From the NCBI GenBank assembly GCA_963744255.1, contig CAVUSZ010000038.1, positions 43 through 64,042 on the forward strand: a stretch of DNA of 64,000 nt, written 5' to 3'. Positions within the stretch are counted from its first letter, which is position 1, and each line of letters begins with the position of its first letter. A program made the translations under genes and the position numbers. The notes below the pieces were generated by a model. The model did not search any database. It had not been told where the DNA came from and worked only from the letters and a program-made list of their open reading frames with translations. Origin of the DNA: an uncultured beta proteobacterium (GTDB lineage: Bacteria; Pseudomonadota; Gammaproteobacteria; Burkholderiales; SG8-39). This document shows positions 54,756 to 64,000 of the stretch, one piece after another.

Positions 54756-56906
54756 ATGCAAACCGCCCGCGACCTGTCGAGCTACCGGAAGCACTGGGCC
54801 GAGCGCTTCGGCACGGCCCCGTTCCTGCCCATGTCGCGCGCCGAGATGGACGAGCTCGGCTGGGACAGCTGCGACGTGATCATCGTGACGGGGGACGCAT
54901 ACGTCGATCACCCCAGCTTCGGGATGGCGATCATCGGCCGCGCGCTCGAGGCGCAGGGCTTCCGCGTCGGCATCATCGCCCAGCCGGACTGGCACAGCGC
55001 CGAGCCGTTCGCCGCGCTCGGCCGGCCGCGCCTCTTCTTCGGCATCACGGCCGGCAACATGGACTCTATGGTGAATCGCTACACGGCCGATCGTCGCATC
55101 CGCCGCGACGACGCGTATACCCCCGGCGGCGAAGGCGGCCAGCGCCCGGATCGCTCCGTGATCGTCTACGCGCAGCGCGCGCGCGAAGCATTCAAGGACG
55201 TGCCGATCGTGATCGGCGGCATCGAAGCTTCGCTCCGGCGCATCGCGCACTTCGACTACTGGTCGGAGAAGGTGCGCCGCTCGATCCTGCTCGACGCCAA
55301 GGCCGATCTCCTCGTCTACGGCAACGCCGAGCGGCAGATCTGCGAGATCGCGCACCGGCTCGCCGCGGGCGAGAGCGTCCACGGGATCACCGACGTGCGC
55401 GGCACGGCGTTCGCACGGCGGGCGTTCCCGTCGGACTGGATCGAGATCGACTCGACCCACCTCGACACGCCCGGGCCCTTGAACCAGCCGGTCGATCCGT
55501 ACGCGATGGAGGATAACGCGCGGACGAAACCCCGGGGACTGCCCGCAGGGCACAACGTGGTGCGGTTCGAGCGCCGCGTGAAGAACGCCGACCGCGAGCG
55601 GAGCGTCATCCGGCTGCCGGCGTACGAGCAGGTCGCGGACGACCCGGTGCTCTATGCGCACGCCTCGCGCATCCTGCACCTGGAGTCGAACCCCGGCAAC
55701 GCGCGCGCGCTGGTGCAGCGCCACGGCGACGGCGACGTGTGGCTGAACCCGCCGCCCATCCCGCTCACGACCAAGGAGATGGACTGGGTGTACGAGCTGC
55801 CATACCGGCGCCGGCCGCATCCCTGCTACGGGAACGCGAAGCTCCCCGCGTACGAGATGATCCGGTTTTCGATCGCGATCCAGCGCGGCTGCTTCGGCGG
55901 ATGCACGTTCTGCTCGATCACCGAGCACGAGGGCCGCATCATCCAGAGCCGCTCGGAAGACTCGGTGATCCGCGAGATCGAGACCGTGCGCGACACCGTC
56001 CCGGGCTTCACCGGCGTGATCTCCGATCTCGGCGGGCCGACCGCCAACATGTACCGCCTCGCATGCAAGAGCCGCGAGATCGAGAGCGCGTGCCGGCGGC
56101 CCTCGTGCGTGTATCCCGGCATCTGCCCGAACCTGGAGACCGACCACGCGCCGTTGATCGATCTCTATCGGCGCGCGCGCGGGGTGTCGGGCATCAGGAA
56201 GGTCCTGATCGCTTCGGGCGTACGTTACGACCTGGCGATCGAGTCACCCCAGTACGTGAAGGAGCTCGCGCAGCATCACGTCGGCGGCTATCTCAAGATC
56301 GCCCCGGAAGCGATCGCCGAGGGCCCGCTGTCAAAGATGATGAAGCCGGGCGTCGGCGCGTACGACCGCTTCAAGGAGCTCTTCGACCGCTACTCGAAGG
56401 CGGCGGGCAGGGAGCAGTACCTCATCCCCTACTTCATCGCGGCGCACCCGGGCACGACCGACGAGGACATGCTGGAGCTCGCGCTATGGTTGAAGCGGAA
56501 CGGCTTCCGCGCCGACCAGGTCCAGGCGTTCCTGCCTTCACCGATGGCCACGGCGACCGCGATGTATCACAGCGGCAAGAACCCGCTGCGCCGCGTGTCG
56601 CGCACGAGCGAGGAGGTGATCGTTCCGAAGGGCCTCAAAGTACGCCGCCTGCACAAGGCGTTCCTCCGCTACCACGACGCGAACAACTGGCCGGTGCTGC
56701 GCGAGGCGCTGCGGCGAATGGGCCGCGCCGATCTCATCGGCAGCGGCAAGCACCAGCTCGTGCCGGCGTATCAGCCCCTGGACGTCGGTAACGATGATCA
56801 GGGCAAGCGCCGGGCGCATCGGCCGTTCCGCACGCAGCACACCGGCCTGCCGACGACACCGCGCGCGCGCCGGACGCCCGGCTCGAGCGGAAGTCACAAG
56901 GGCTGA
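54756..56906 (+). CDS. ygiQ: YgiQ family radical SAM protein
   Basis: [11 protein letters not shown]; CFGGCTFC; [10 protein letters not shown]. Confidence 0.95.
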   Translation: MQTARDLSSYRKHWAERFGTAPFLPMSRAEMDELGWDSCDVIIVTGDAYVDHPSFGMAIIGRALEAQGFRVGIIAQPDWHSAEPFAALGRPRLFFGITAGNMDSMVNRYTADRRIRRDDAYTPGGEGGQRPDRSVIVYAQRAREAFKDVPIVIGGIEASLRRIAHFDYWSEKVRRSILLDAKADLLVYGNAERQICEIAHRLAAGESVHGITDVRGTAFARRAFPSDWIEIDSTHLDTPGPLNQPVDPYAMEDNARTKPRGLPAGHNVVRFERRVKNADRERSVIRLPAYEQVADDPVLYAHASRILHLESNPGNARALVQRHGDGDVWLNPPPIPLTTKEMDWVYELPYRRRPHPCYGNAKLPAYEMIRFSIAIQRGCFGGCTFCSITEHEGRIIQSRSEDSVIREIETVRDTVPGFTGVISDLGGPTANMYRLACKSREIESACRRPSCVYPGICPNLETDHAPLIDLYRRARGVSGIRKVLIASGVRYDLAIESPQYVKELAQHHVGGYLKIAPEAIAEGPLSKMMKPGVGAYDRFKELFDRYSKAAGREQYLIPYFIAAHPGTTDEDMLELALWLKRNGFRADQVQAFLPSPMATATAMYHSGKNPLRRVSRTSEEVIVPKGLKVRRLHKAFLRYHDANNWPVLREALRRMGRADLIGSGKHQLVPAYQPLDVGNDDQGKRRAHRPFRTQHTGLPTTPRARRTPGSSGSHKG

Positions 56907-57019
56907 GCGCGGCCCTCCGGCACCGGGCGCCGACTGCCCGGTGCGGCGCAGAGCAGGCAGGCGGCAAGACAATCAGGCGCGCAAGTAGCGCCGTCGGCGG
57001 CAGCACGCGTTCGCGTCGC

Positions 57020-57763
57020 TCACCGGCGGGCAGCGCGCTTCGCCACACTCCTGGCGCGCGCCGCAGGCTTCGCGCCGGGTTTCCGCGCCGTGACCTTTCG
57101 TTTTGCCGCCTTGACGCGGGCTGTCTTGACCGGCTTCCGCTTGGGAGCTTTCGCCGTCTTGACCTTGGCGCGCTTCACCGTCTTCTTCTTCTTCACAGCC
57201 GGCCGGCGGGCAGTCGGCGCGTCGTCCATCTCGACGTAGTCCATCTCGACCGAACCCGTCCCGCGAGCGCGCATGGCCGGCTCCTCCATGGCGAGGGCCG
57301 CGGTCGCGGTGATGATGGGGTATCTCAACGGCCGTCCATCGGCGCTGAACACGACGGTCCTGATCTCGCCGCGATTGCGCGCCGCGTTGTGCGACACGTG
57401 CACCCACTTCGTCGTCGCGTCCTTCGCCTCGTAGATCACCTGGTCGAAAGGCAAGCCGAGCTGGATGATCCGCTTGAACAGCTCGAGCACCCTCAAACCC
57501 GGTGACTGGAGATCCGCCGCCATGCCCTTGACGTGCTGGCTGTCCTCCGCACCGCGAATGTGGCGGTTGAGGTCGGGGGAGCGATACCCGGAGTTCACCT
57601 TCACCGGCTGCCCGATCGATTCCCGAAGGGGATCGAGCACGGCGGCGCACAACGCCCGCAGACTACCGACCTCCGTCGCGCCGGGCTCGTTCGGGATGCC
57701 TTCCCGCCGCGCCGTTTCGGAACGGGTCATCTCATCCAGCGTGAAGAACCGCGACAGGCTCAT
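57020..57763 (-). CDS. Peptidase M15A with Lys/Arg/Ala-rich C-terminal tail
   Basis: SGYRS, SQHVKGMAAD, WVHVS; basic tail. Confidence 0.88.
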   Translation of the reverse strand: MSLSRFFTLDEMTRSETARREGIPNEPGATEVGSLRALCAAVLDPLRESIGQPVKVNSGYRSPDLNRHIRGAEDSQHVKGMAADLQSPGLRVLELFKRIIQLGLPFDQVIYEAKDATTKWVHVSHNAARNRGEIRTVVFSADGRPLRYPIITATAALAMEEPAMRARGTGSVEMDYVEMDDAPTARRPAVKKKKTVKRAKVKTAKAPKRKPVKTARVKAAKRKVTARKPGAKPAARARSVAKRAARR

Positions 57764-57991
57764 GGCGCCCTACCTCCGATCCTGGAGCCGCATGATCAGC
57801 CGCGCGCCCGCGCGCGCGGTCAGAACCATATTCCTTCTGCAGCGAGCCCGCTAGACGCGCTGCGCAATGAACTTCCCAAGCTCCCCGGGGACGCCCACGT
57901 GTAACAGGGTGGAGTGAGCGCCGGGCACGGCGGGCGTCCCGCCTGGCAGCCGCCTCGGCTACCATCGCGGGTCCCGATCACCTCCACCCTC

Positions 57992-60340
57992 ATGCGCGGA
58001 TTCCCGTTCGCCCTGCTCGTCGCCTGTCTCGCAAGCTGCGCAACGCTCACACGGGACTCTTCCATCGACCAGAGGTACGGCGTCCCGGATTCCACCCGCT
58101 ACGACAAGCCCGCCGCACCCTCCGGCGGCTTGTCCTACCGCACGGACGTGCAACCCATCCTCGAGCGGCGCTGCGTCGTCTGCCACGGCTGCTACGACGC
58201 GCCTTGCCAGCTCAAGCTCGGCGCATGGGAGGGCGTCGCGCGCGGTGGCAGCACCGCCGCCGTCTATGACGGCGGCCGTCTCAGCGAGGCGCCGACGACG
58301 CGGCTATTCGTCGATGCGCAGCAGCCGTCCGAGTGGCGGAGGAAGGGCTTCTTCCCGGTCCTGAACGAACGCGCGCCGACGCCCGAGGCCAACCTCGCGG
58401 CGAGCGTGCTCTACCGCAGCCTCGCCCTCAAGCGCGCCCATCCGCTGCCCGGCGCGGCGGTGCTGCCCAAGCCGTTCGATTTTTCGCTCGACCGGACGCA
58501 GTACTGCCCGCGCATCGACGAGTACGAGTCCTACGAGCGCCAGTTCCCGCTGGCCGGAATGCCTTATGGCCTGCCGGGGCTCGATCAGCGCGAGTTCGAC
58601 ACGGTCGCGCGCTGGCTCGCGGCGGGCGCGCCCTATGAGGCTCCCGCGCCGCTGCCCGACGATGTCGCGCGGCAGGTGCAGGATTGGGAGACGTTCCTCA
58701 ACGGCGACTCGCCGAAGGAGCGGCTGATGAGCCGCTACCTCTACGAGCACCTGTTCCTCGGTTTCCTGTACTTCGAGGCGGACACGGCGAGGCGCTCCTT
58801 CCGCATCGTGCGGTCGGCCACCCCGCCGGGCAAGCCGGTCGCGCTGATCGCGACACGCCGGCCCTACGACGACCCGGGCGTGCCGCGCGTCTACTACCGG
58901 CTCGTGCCGGAGCGCGAGGCGATCCTCGCCAAGACGCACATGCCGTACGCGCTCTCGGCCGGCCGCATGGCGAAGTTCCGCACCTGGTTTCTCGCTCCGC
59001 CGTACCAGGTCAGCGCGCTCCCGGACTACGCGATCGAGACGTCGACGAATCCGTTCGTCGCGTTCAGCGCCATCCCGGCCGACTCGCGCTACCGCTTCAT
59101 GCTCGACGAGGCGCAGTACTTCATCATGAACTTCATCAAGGGCCCGGTCTGCCGCGGCCAGCTCGCGGTCGACGTGATCGACGACCGCTTCTGGGTGTTC
59201 TTCGTCGACCCGAAGTCCGGCGAGAGCGAGGCGAGCGCCGAGCTGATCGCGCGGCAGGCGAGCAATCTGCGCCTGCCCGCCGAATGGGGCAGCAACTCGC
59301 CGGTGTTCCGCCCGTGGTTCGAGTACGCCGCCCTCGAGACGAAGTTCGTCCAGGCGAAGAGCCGTGCGCTCGACCAGGCGCTCGCCGGGCGCAGCAGGAT
59401 CGATCTTGGGCTCGTGTGGGACGGCGACGGACGCAACCCAAACGCGGCGCTGACCGTGTTCCGGCACTACGACAGCGCCTCGGTCGTGAAAGGACTGGTC
59501 GGCGAGCCGCCCAAGACGGCGTGGGTGATCGGCTACCCGCTCTTCGAACGCATCTACTACCTGCTCGCCGCCGGCTACGACGTGTACGGGAACGCGGGTC
59601 ACCAGCTCAACAGCCGCCTCTACATGGATTTCCTGCGCATGGAGGGCGAGTTCAACTTCCTCGTGTTCCTGCCGCAGGCGGCACGCGAGCCGACCCGGGA
59701 CTACTGGTATCGCGGCGCATCGAGCGAGGTGAAGGACTACGTCTACGGCCGCAACGCGCACCTCGACCGCGAGACCGGGATCGTCTACCGCACCACCGAT
59801 CCGCAGCGCGAGCTGTACGGCATGCTCCGCGCGCGCCTCGCGCCGGTGCTTGCGCCACGATACGAGCTCTCGACCGTGGCGGACGATGCGTTGCGGCGCG
59901 ACCTGGAGGCGCTGGCAGCGGTGCGCGGGGCGAGCACGGCCTGGCTGCCCGAGGTGACGTTCCTGCGCGTGGACGACCCGCCGCGCGCGCCGCAGTGGTT
60001 CAGCCTGCTGCGCAACACGGCCCACAGCAACGTGTCGCACATCTTCCTCGAGGGGTCCGAGCTGTTGCCCGCCGAGAACACGCTCACGGTCGTATCCGGG
60101 TTCATCGGCGCGTATCCGAACGCGATCTACCGCGTCCGGCGCGCCGACCTGCCCGCGCTCGCGGCGGCGATCCGCGGCCTGGCCTCGGAAGACGACTACC
60201 GCAAGCTCGCCGACCGCTTCGCCCTGCGCCGCACCGATCCGGGATTCTGGGCCGCGAGCGACGCGATGGTCGACGCGTACACGCGCTCGGCGCCGTTGGA
60301 GGCAGGGCTCTTCGACTACAACCGGCTGGAGAACCGCTGA
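57992..60340 (+). CDS. cti: Fatty acid cis/trans isomerase (lipoprotein, heme c)
   Basis: LASC lipobox; CVVCHGCYDAPCQLKL; FIKGPVCRGQ; YNRLENR. Confidence 0.95.
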   Translation: MRGFPFALLVACLASCATLTRDSSIDQRYGVPDSTRYDKPAAPSGGLSYRTDVQPILERRCVVCHGCYDAPCQLKLGAWEGVARGGSTAAVYDGGRLSEAPTTRLFVDAQQPSEWRRKGFFPVLNERAPTPEANLAASVLYRSLALKRAHPLPGAAVLPKPFDFSLDRTQYCPRIDEYESYERQFPLAGMPYGLPGLDQREFDTVARWLAAGAPYEAPAPLPDDVARQVQDWETFLNGDSPKERLMSRYLYEHLFLGFLYFEADTARRSFRIVRSATPPGKPVALIATRRPYDDPGVPRVYYRLVPEREAILAKTHMPYALSAGRMAKFRTWFLAPPYQVSALPDYAIETSTNPFVAFSAIPADSRYRFMLDEAQYFIMNFIKGPVCRGQLAVDVIDDRFWVFFVDPKSGESEASAELIARQASNLRLPAEWGSNSPVFRPWFEYAALETKFVQAKSRALDQALAGRSRIDLGLVWDGDGRNPNAALTVFRHYDSASVVKGLVGEPPKTAWVIGYPLFERIYYLLAAGYDVYGNAGHQLNSRLYMDFLRMEGEFNFLVFLPQAAREPTRDYWYRGASSEVKDYVYGRNAHLDRETGIVYRTTDPQRELYGMLRARLAPVLAPRYELSTVADDALRRDLEALAAVRGASTAWLPEVTFLRVDDPPRAPQWFSLLRNTAHSNVSHIFLEGSELLPAENTLTVVSGFIGAYPNAIYRVRRADLPALAAAIRGLASEDDYRKLADRFALRRTDPGFWAASDAMVDAYTRSAPLEAGLFDYNRLENR

Positions 60341-60349
60341 GGCGGCGGC

Positions 60350-62163
60350 TCAGCCGGCCGCCGCCAGTTTGGCTTTCTCCTCCAGCGCGTTCCACCGCTC
60401 GAACGCCCGCTCGAGCAGCCGCTCGATCTCCTCCGCTCGCTGGCGGTCGACCTTGAGCTTCTCCGGACCCTGCCGGTGGTAATCGACGCCCGCCATCCGC
60501 GCCGTCAGCTCGTGCTGCTCGCGCTCGAGCGCCTCGATCTCCGCCGGCAGCGATTCGAGCTCGCGCCGCTCCTTGAACGTGAGCTTCACTTTCTGCGGCT
60601 GGCGCGGGGGCCTGCGGTCGCCGCGTTCAGGCGGCGCCGGCGAAGGTGCCGCGGCTGCGGCCGGGCGCTGTGCGACCCAGTCGCTGTAGCCGCCGACGTA
60701 CTCGCGCCACTTCCCGCGCGCCTTCGGCGACGAGCGTCTGCGTCACCACGTTGTCCAGGAACGCGCGGTCGTGACTGACGAGGAGCAGCGTGCCGGCATA
60801 GTCCTGCAGCGTCGCCTCGAGCAGTTCGAGCGACTCGATGTCGAGATCGTTGGTGGGCTCGTCGAGCACGAGGAGGTTGGCCGGCTGCGCGAAGAGGCGC
60901 GCGAGGAGGAGTCGGTTCCGCTCTCCGCCGGAGAGGCTCGCGACCTTCGCCTGCGCGCGCCGCGGCGGAAACAGGAACTCGGCGAGATAGCTCATCACGT
61001 GCTTCCGGCCGCCGCCGACAGCGATCCAGTCCGAGCCCGAGCTGATCGTGCCGGCGACGGTACGCTCCGGATCGAGCTGCTCGCGCATCTGGTCGAAGTA
61101 CGCGACGTGGAGATTCGTGCCCAGGCGCACGGTGCCCGCGTCGGGCGCGAGCGTGCCGAGGACGAGCCGGATCATCGTGGTCTTGCCGGCGCCGTTCGGA
61201 CCGATGAGCCCGATGCGATCGCCGCGCATGATCCGCAGCGAAAGACTCCGCACGATCTCGAGCGCGCCGAACCGCTTGCCGACGTCCTTCAGCTCGGCGA
61301 CCAGCCGGCCGGAGCGCTCGCCCGCGTCGAGCGTGAGCTTGATGTTGCCCAGGCGCTCGCGGCGCGCGCGTGCGCTCGGTGCGGAGCGCCTCCAGGCGCT
61401 TGACGCGGCCTTCGTTCCGCGTGCGGCGCGCTTCGACGCCCTTGCGGATCCAGAGCTCCTCCTGCGCCCAGAACTTGTCGAAGCGGCGATTGGCGAGCTC
61501 CTCCGCGACAAGCTCGTCGCGACGCCGCGTCTCGAAGGCGGTGAAGTTGCCGGGATAGGAGCGAAGCGCCCCGCGATCGAGCTCGACGATGCGGGTTGCG
61601 ACGCGATCGAGGAAGGCGCGGTCATGCGTGATGACGATCGAGGCCGGTCCCTTGAGCAGCAGCTCCTCGAGCCGGGTGATGCCGTCGATGTCCAGGTGAT
61701 TCGTCGGCTCGTCGAGCAGCAGCAGCTCCGGTTGCAGCGCCAGCGCGAGGGCGAGCGCACCGCGCTTGCGCTCGCCGCCGGACAGCGTCGACGGGTCCAT
61801 CGCCCCGTCGAGGCCGAAGCGATGCAGGAACTCGATCAGCCGCGCATCGGCGCGCCAGCGATCCCGCTCGTCATGGATGCGCTCGAGATGGCCGCGCAGC
61901 GCGAGGCTCTCGCGCAGCGTCGAGGCCGGAGGCAGCTCGGGCTCCTGCTCGACGAGCGCGACCGACAGGCCGTCGCGCAGCTTGAGCTCGCCGTCGTCGA
62001 GCGCCGCCAGCCCCGCGATCACGCGCAGAAGCGAGGACTTCCCGCTGCCGTTCCGGCCGATCAGGCCGATGCGATCGCCCTCGAGGACGGTGAGCGCCGC
62101 CCGGTCGAGGAGCGGCAGATCGCCGTACGCGAGCTGCGCGGCGGCGAGGGTGGCGAGCGTCAC
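60350..62163 (-). CDS. uup: ABC-F family ATPase Uup (frameshifted)
   Basis: Two ABC domains; KGVEARRTRNEGRV linker; KLTFKERRELE C-terminus. Confidence 0.9.
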
Positions 62164-62253
62164 CCGTCAGGTGTCGCCACGATACGAGGGGGCCAGGCCC
62201 CCTCGTGCTCCCCGAAGTCGGAGAAGGCCGCTGCCGGAGGCATCGCCTTTTCC

Positions 62254-62598
62254 TCAACCGACTCCCAGCAGCTCGACCTCGAAGACGAGCGTCGCGTTCG
62301 GCGGGATGACGCCGCCTGCGCCACGCGCGCCGTAACCCAGATCGGGCGGGATGGTGAGCTTACGCTTGCCGCCGACCTGCATGCCCTGCACGCCCTGGTC
62401 CCAGCCGCGGATCACTTGCCCGGCGCCGAGATTGAAGACGAATGGATCGTTGCGATCCTTGCTCGAGTCGAACTTCTTGCCGTCGGTAAGCCAGCCCGTG
62501 TAGTGGACCTTCACCTTCTGTCCGGCAGCGGCGGCGGGGCCGCTGCCGACGGTGAGGTCTTCGACGACGAGGCTCGCGGGTGCTTGAGGCGTGGACAT
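62254..62598 (-). CDS. FKBP-type peptidyl-prolyl isomerase
   Basis: [30 protein letters not shown]. Confidence 0.96.
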   Translation of the reverse strand: MSTPQAPASLVVEDLTVGSGPAAAAGQKVKVHYTGWLTDGKKFDSSKDRNDPFVFNLGAGQVIRGWDQGVQGMQVGGKRKLTIPPDLGYGARGAGGVIPPNATLVFEVELLGVG

Positions 62599-62636
62599 GT
62601 GCGGCTCCTGAGAGGGAGCCGCGATTGTAGTCGCGA

Positions 62637-63227
62637 TCAGGTCGTGCGAACGGCGCGCCCGGCGCGCGGCAGCAGCTTCGCGAGCTCCACGCCGTCGATG
62701 AGCCTGATCCGCTTCTCGAGCGCGAACTTGCGCGCGCCGCCGGTGATCTCGCCGGTGGCGACGTAGATGCAGTCGTTCGCCTCGCGCGCGTCCTTGGCGG
62801 CGTACAGGTCGCGCAGCGGGTCGACGCCGGTGCGGGCGACCTTCCAGCGCTTGCACGCGACCAGCGCAGTCCGTCCCGCTTTGGTCATCTCGAAGTCGGC
62901 CGCGGCGCCGTCGAGCCGGTTCACGCTGTAGCCGTCCTTGCGGAACGCGTCCTCCAGCGCTCTGGAGAAATCGCTCCACGACATGGCGCGGACGGCCTCG
63001 AGCGTGTTGGCGACGCGGGTGGCACTCGGTGCGCGGAGCTGCCGCCAGCCGGCGACGGCGCCGATCACGATGAAGGGCAGGCCGGCGAAGACGGCATAGG
63101 CGATCGGGATCGCGGGCAGGATGGCCTTTGCCAGCGCGGTGATCCCGGCTGCGATGGCGATGCTGATCCACCACGGCGAGCGGAGCAGCACCGCGAAGAG
63201 CGAGTTCTTGGCCATCTGGAACTTCAT
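62637..63227 (-). CDS. Membrane-anchored Mrr_cat (restriction endonuclease-like) protein
   Basis: Two N-terminal TM segments; ADF...VACKRW; IRLIDG. Confidence 0.8.
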   Translation of the reverse strand: MKFQMAKNSLFAVLLRSPWWISIAIAAGITALAKAILPAIPIAYAVFAGLPFIVIGAVAGWRQLRAPSATRVANTLEAVRAMSWSDFSRALEDAFRKDGYSVNRLDGAAADFEMTKAGRTALVACKRWKVARTGVDPLRDLYAAKDAREANDCIYVATGEITGGARKFALEKRIRLIDGVELAKLLPRAGRAVRTT

Positions 63228-63267
63228 GTCGCGGCCCGCATCCGTGGACCTATCGCCATCATCCTGC

Positions 63268-63762
63268 CTAGCGGGATCGCTTAAGCTCGTCCAGCGCGCG
63301 CTCTAGTACCTCGCGGTCGAGCTTATCCTTGTCGCGCGAGGTCCGTTTCGTCTTCAGCAGCCCTTCTAGATCAAGGGTACGCACGGAAACGCCGTCGAAG
63401 TCCAGGGTTACGGCGTGCGGAAGCAGCGACTCGTAGGTCTCCCCGCACGCATTGAACATGAGATCAACGACGAAGGCGTCCGCCACCCTGATCGTCTCAC
63501 CCTCCACGAACCAATCCGGTTCGAGGTCTTTCGCGACGCCGTCGGGCAGCAGGAGCAGCGCCCGTTTGGTACGCTCGCCCTGCTCGAGCGTCGCCGGCAA
63601 GAGGATGTCGATGTCGACCGTCCCGCGCTGATAGCCAAGGGCATACAGCGCATAGCCACCAATCAGCACGTAGTCGACGCCGTGGTCGTTCAACGCCCGC
63701 AACAGGAGTTTCAGGTCATCGACACTCGCCGGGCGCGCGAGCTTCGATGGCGGGCCGGTCAT
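63268..63762 (-). CDS. Nucleotidyltransferase family protein
   Basis: LIGGYA, RGTVDID, TKRTSRDKD. Confidence 0.85.
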   Translation of the reverse strand: MTGPPSKLARPASVDDLKLLLRALNDHGVDYVLIGGYALYALGYQRGTVDIDILLPATLEQGERTKRALLLLPDGVAKDLEPDWFVEGETIRVADAFVVDLMFNACGETYESLLPHAVTLDFDGVSVRTLDLEGLLKTKRTSRDKDKLDREVLERALDELKRSR

Positions 63763-63995
63763 CGGCGGGCAGCGCGGCGCGAAGCGTTCAGCGTCACGGC
63801 GCGCACCTGCGCTTCCTCGGTGTGGCGGTTCATTTCGGCATGAGACTTGAACCGGTAGATGCCCTTCCGGATCCCGGTCGTGGCGATCGCCGCGAGCGCC
63901 GAGCCAGCCGCCTGGTGCCGGGCAGCGGCGCGCAGCGCGTCGCCGCTGGGTCTCGTACCAGGGGTTCCGGTAGCGGACAAGCCGATCTTTTTCAC
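63759..63995 (-). CDS. Small hypothetical partner of the nucleotidyltransferase (start at window edge)
   Basis: ATGA overlap; KGIYRFKSHAEMN. Confidence 0.7.
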   Translation of the reverse strand: MKKIGLSATGTPGTRPSGDALRAAARHQAAGSALAAIATTGIRKGIYRFKSHAEMNRHTEEAQVRAVTLNASRRAARR

Positions 63996-64000
63996 GCGCC

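Overview
A 64-kb high-GC chromosomal window that looks betaproteobacterial by gene content (Bug/TctC receptors, CGTC-type REP, YgiQ, Uup); taxonomy is not verified. Many single-base frameshifts in otherwise intact genes suggest an uncorrected long-read or metagenomic consensus, so pseudogene calls are tentative. Most genes are metabolic, transport or regulatory. There are two accessory zones. The first (~9.4-16.4 kb) is a decayed mosaic: ParDE, a complete ISAzo13-family IS with a TAA duplication, an IS91/ISCR remnant, a class C group II intron 3' end and a ~100-bp direct repeat. The second (~21-27.5 kb) is a compositionally distinct yjcH-actP-acyl-CoA synthetase block next to an IS110 element. 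The best finding is the IS110 (IS621-like) element at 25886-27341, where the CT core, donor joint, junction promoter and a three-hairpin bridge RNA with donor- and target-matching guides can all be read from the sequence. Also notable are a candidate new Crp/Fnr operator at -41.5 in two promoters, an M15A peptidase with a polycationic H1-like tail, a DRG-type GTPase, up to five TA-like modules and a ~505-bp polypurine insert splitting actP. All family calls come from motif recognition, not database searches.
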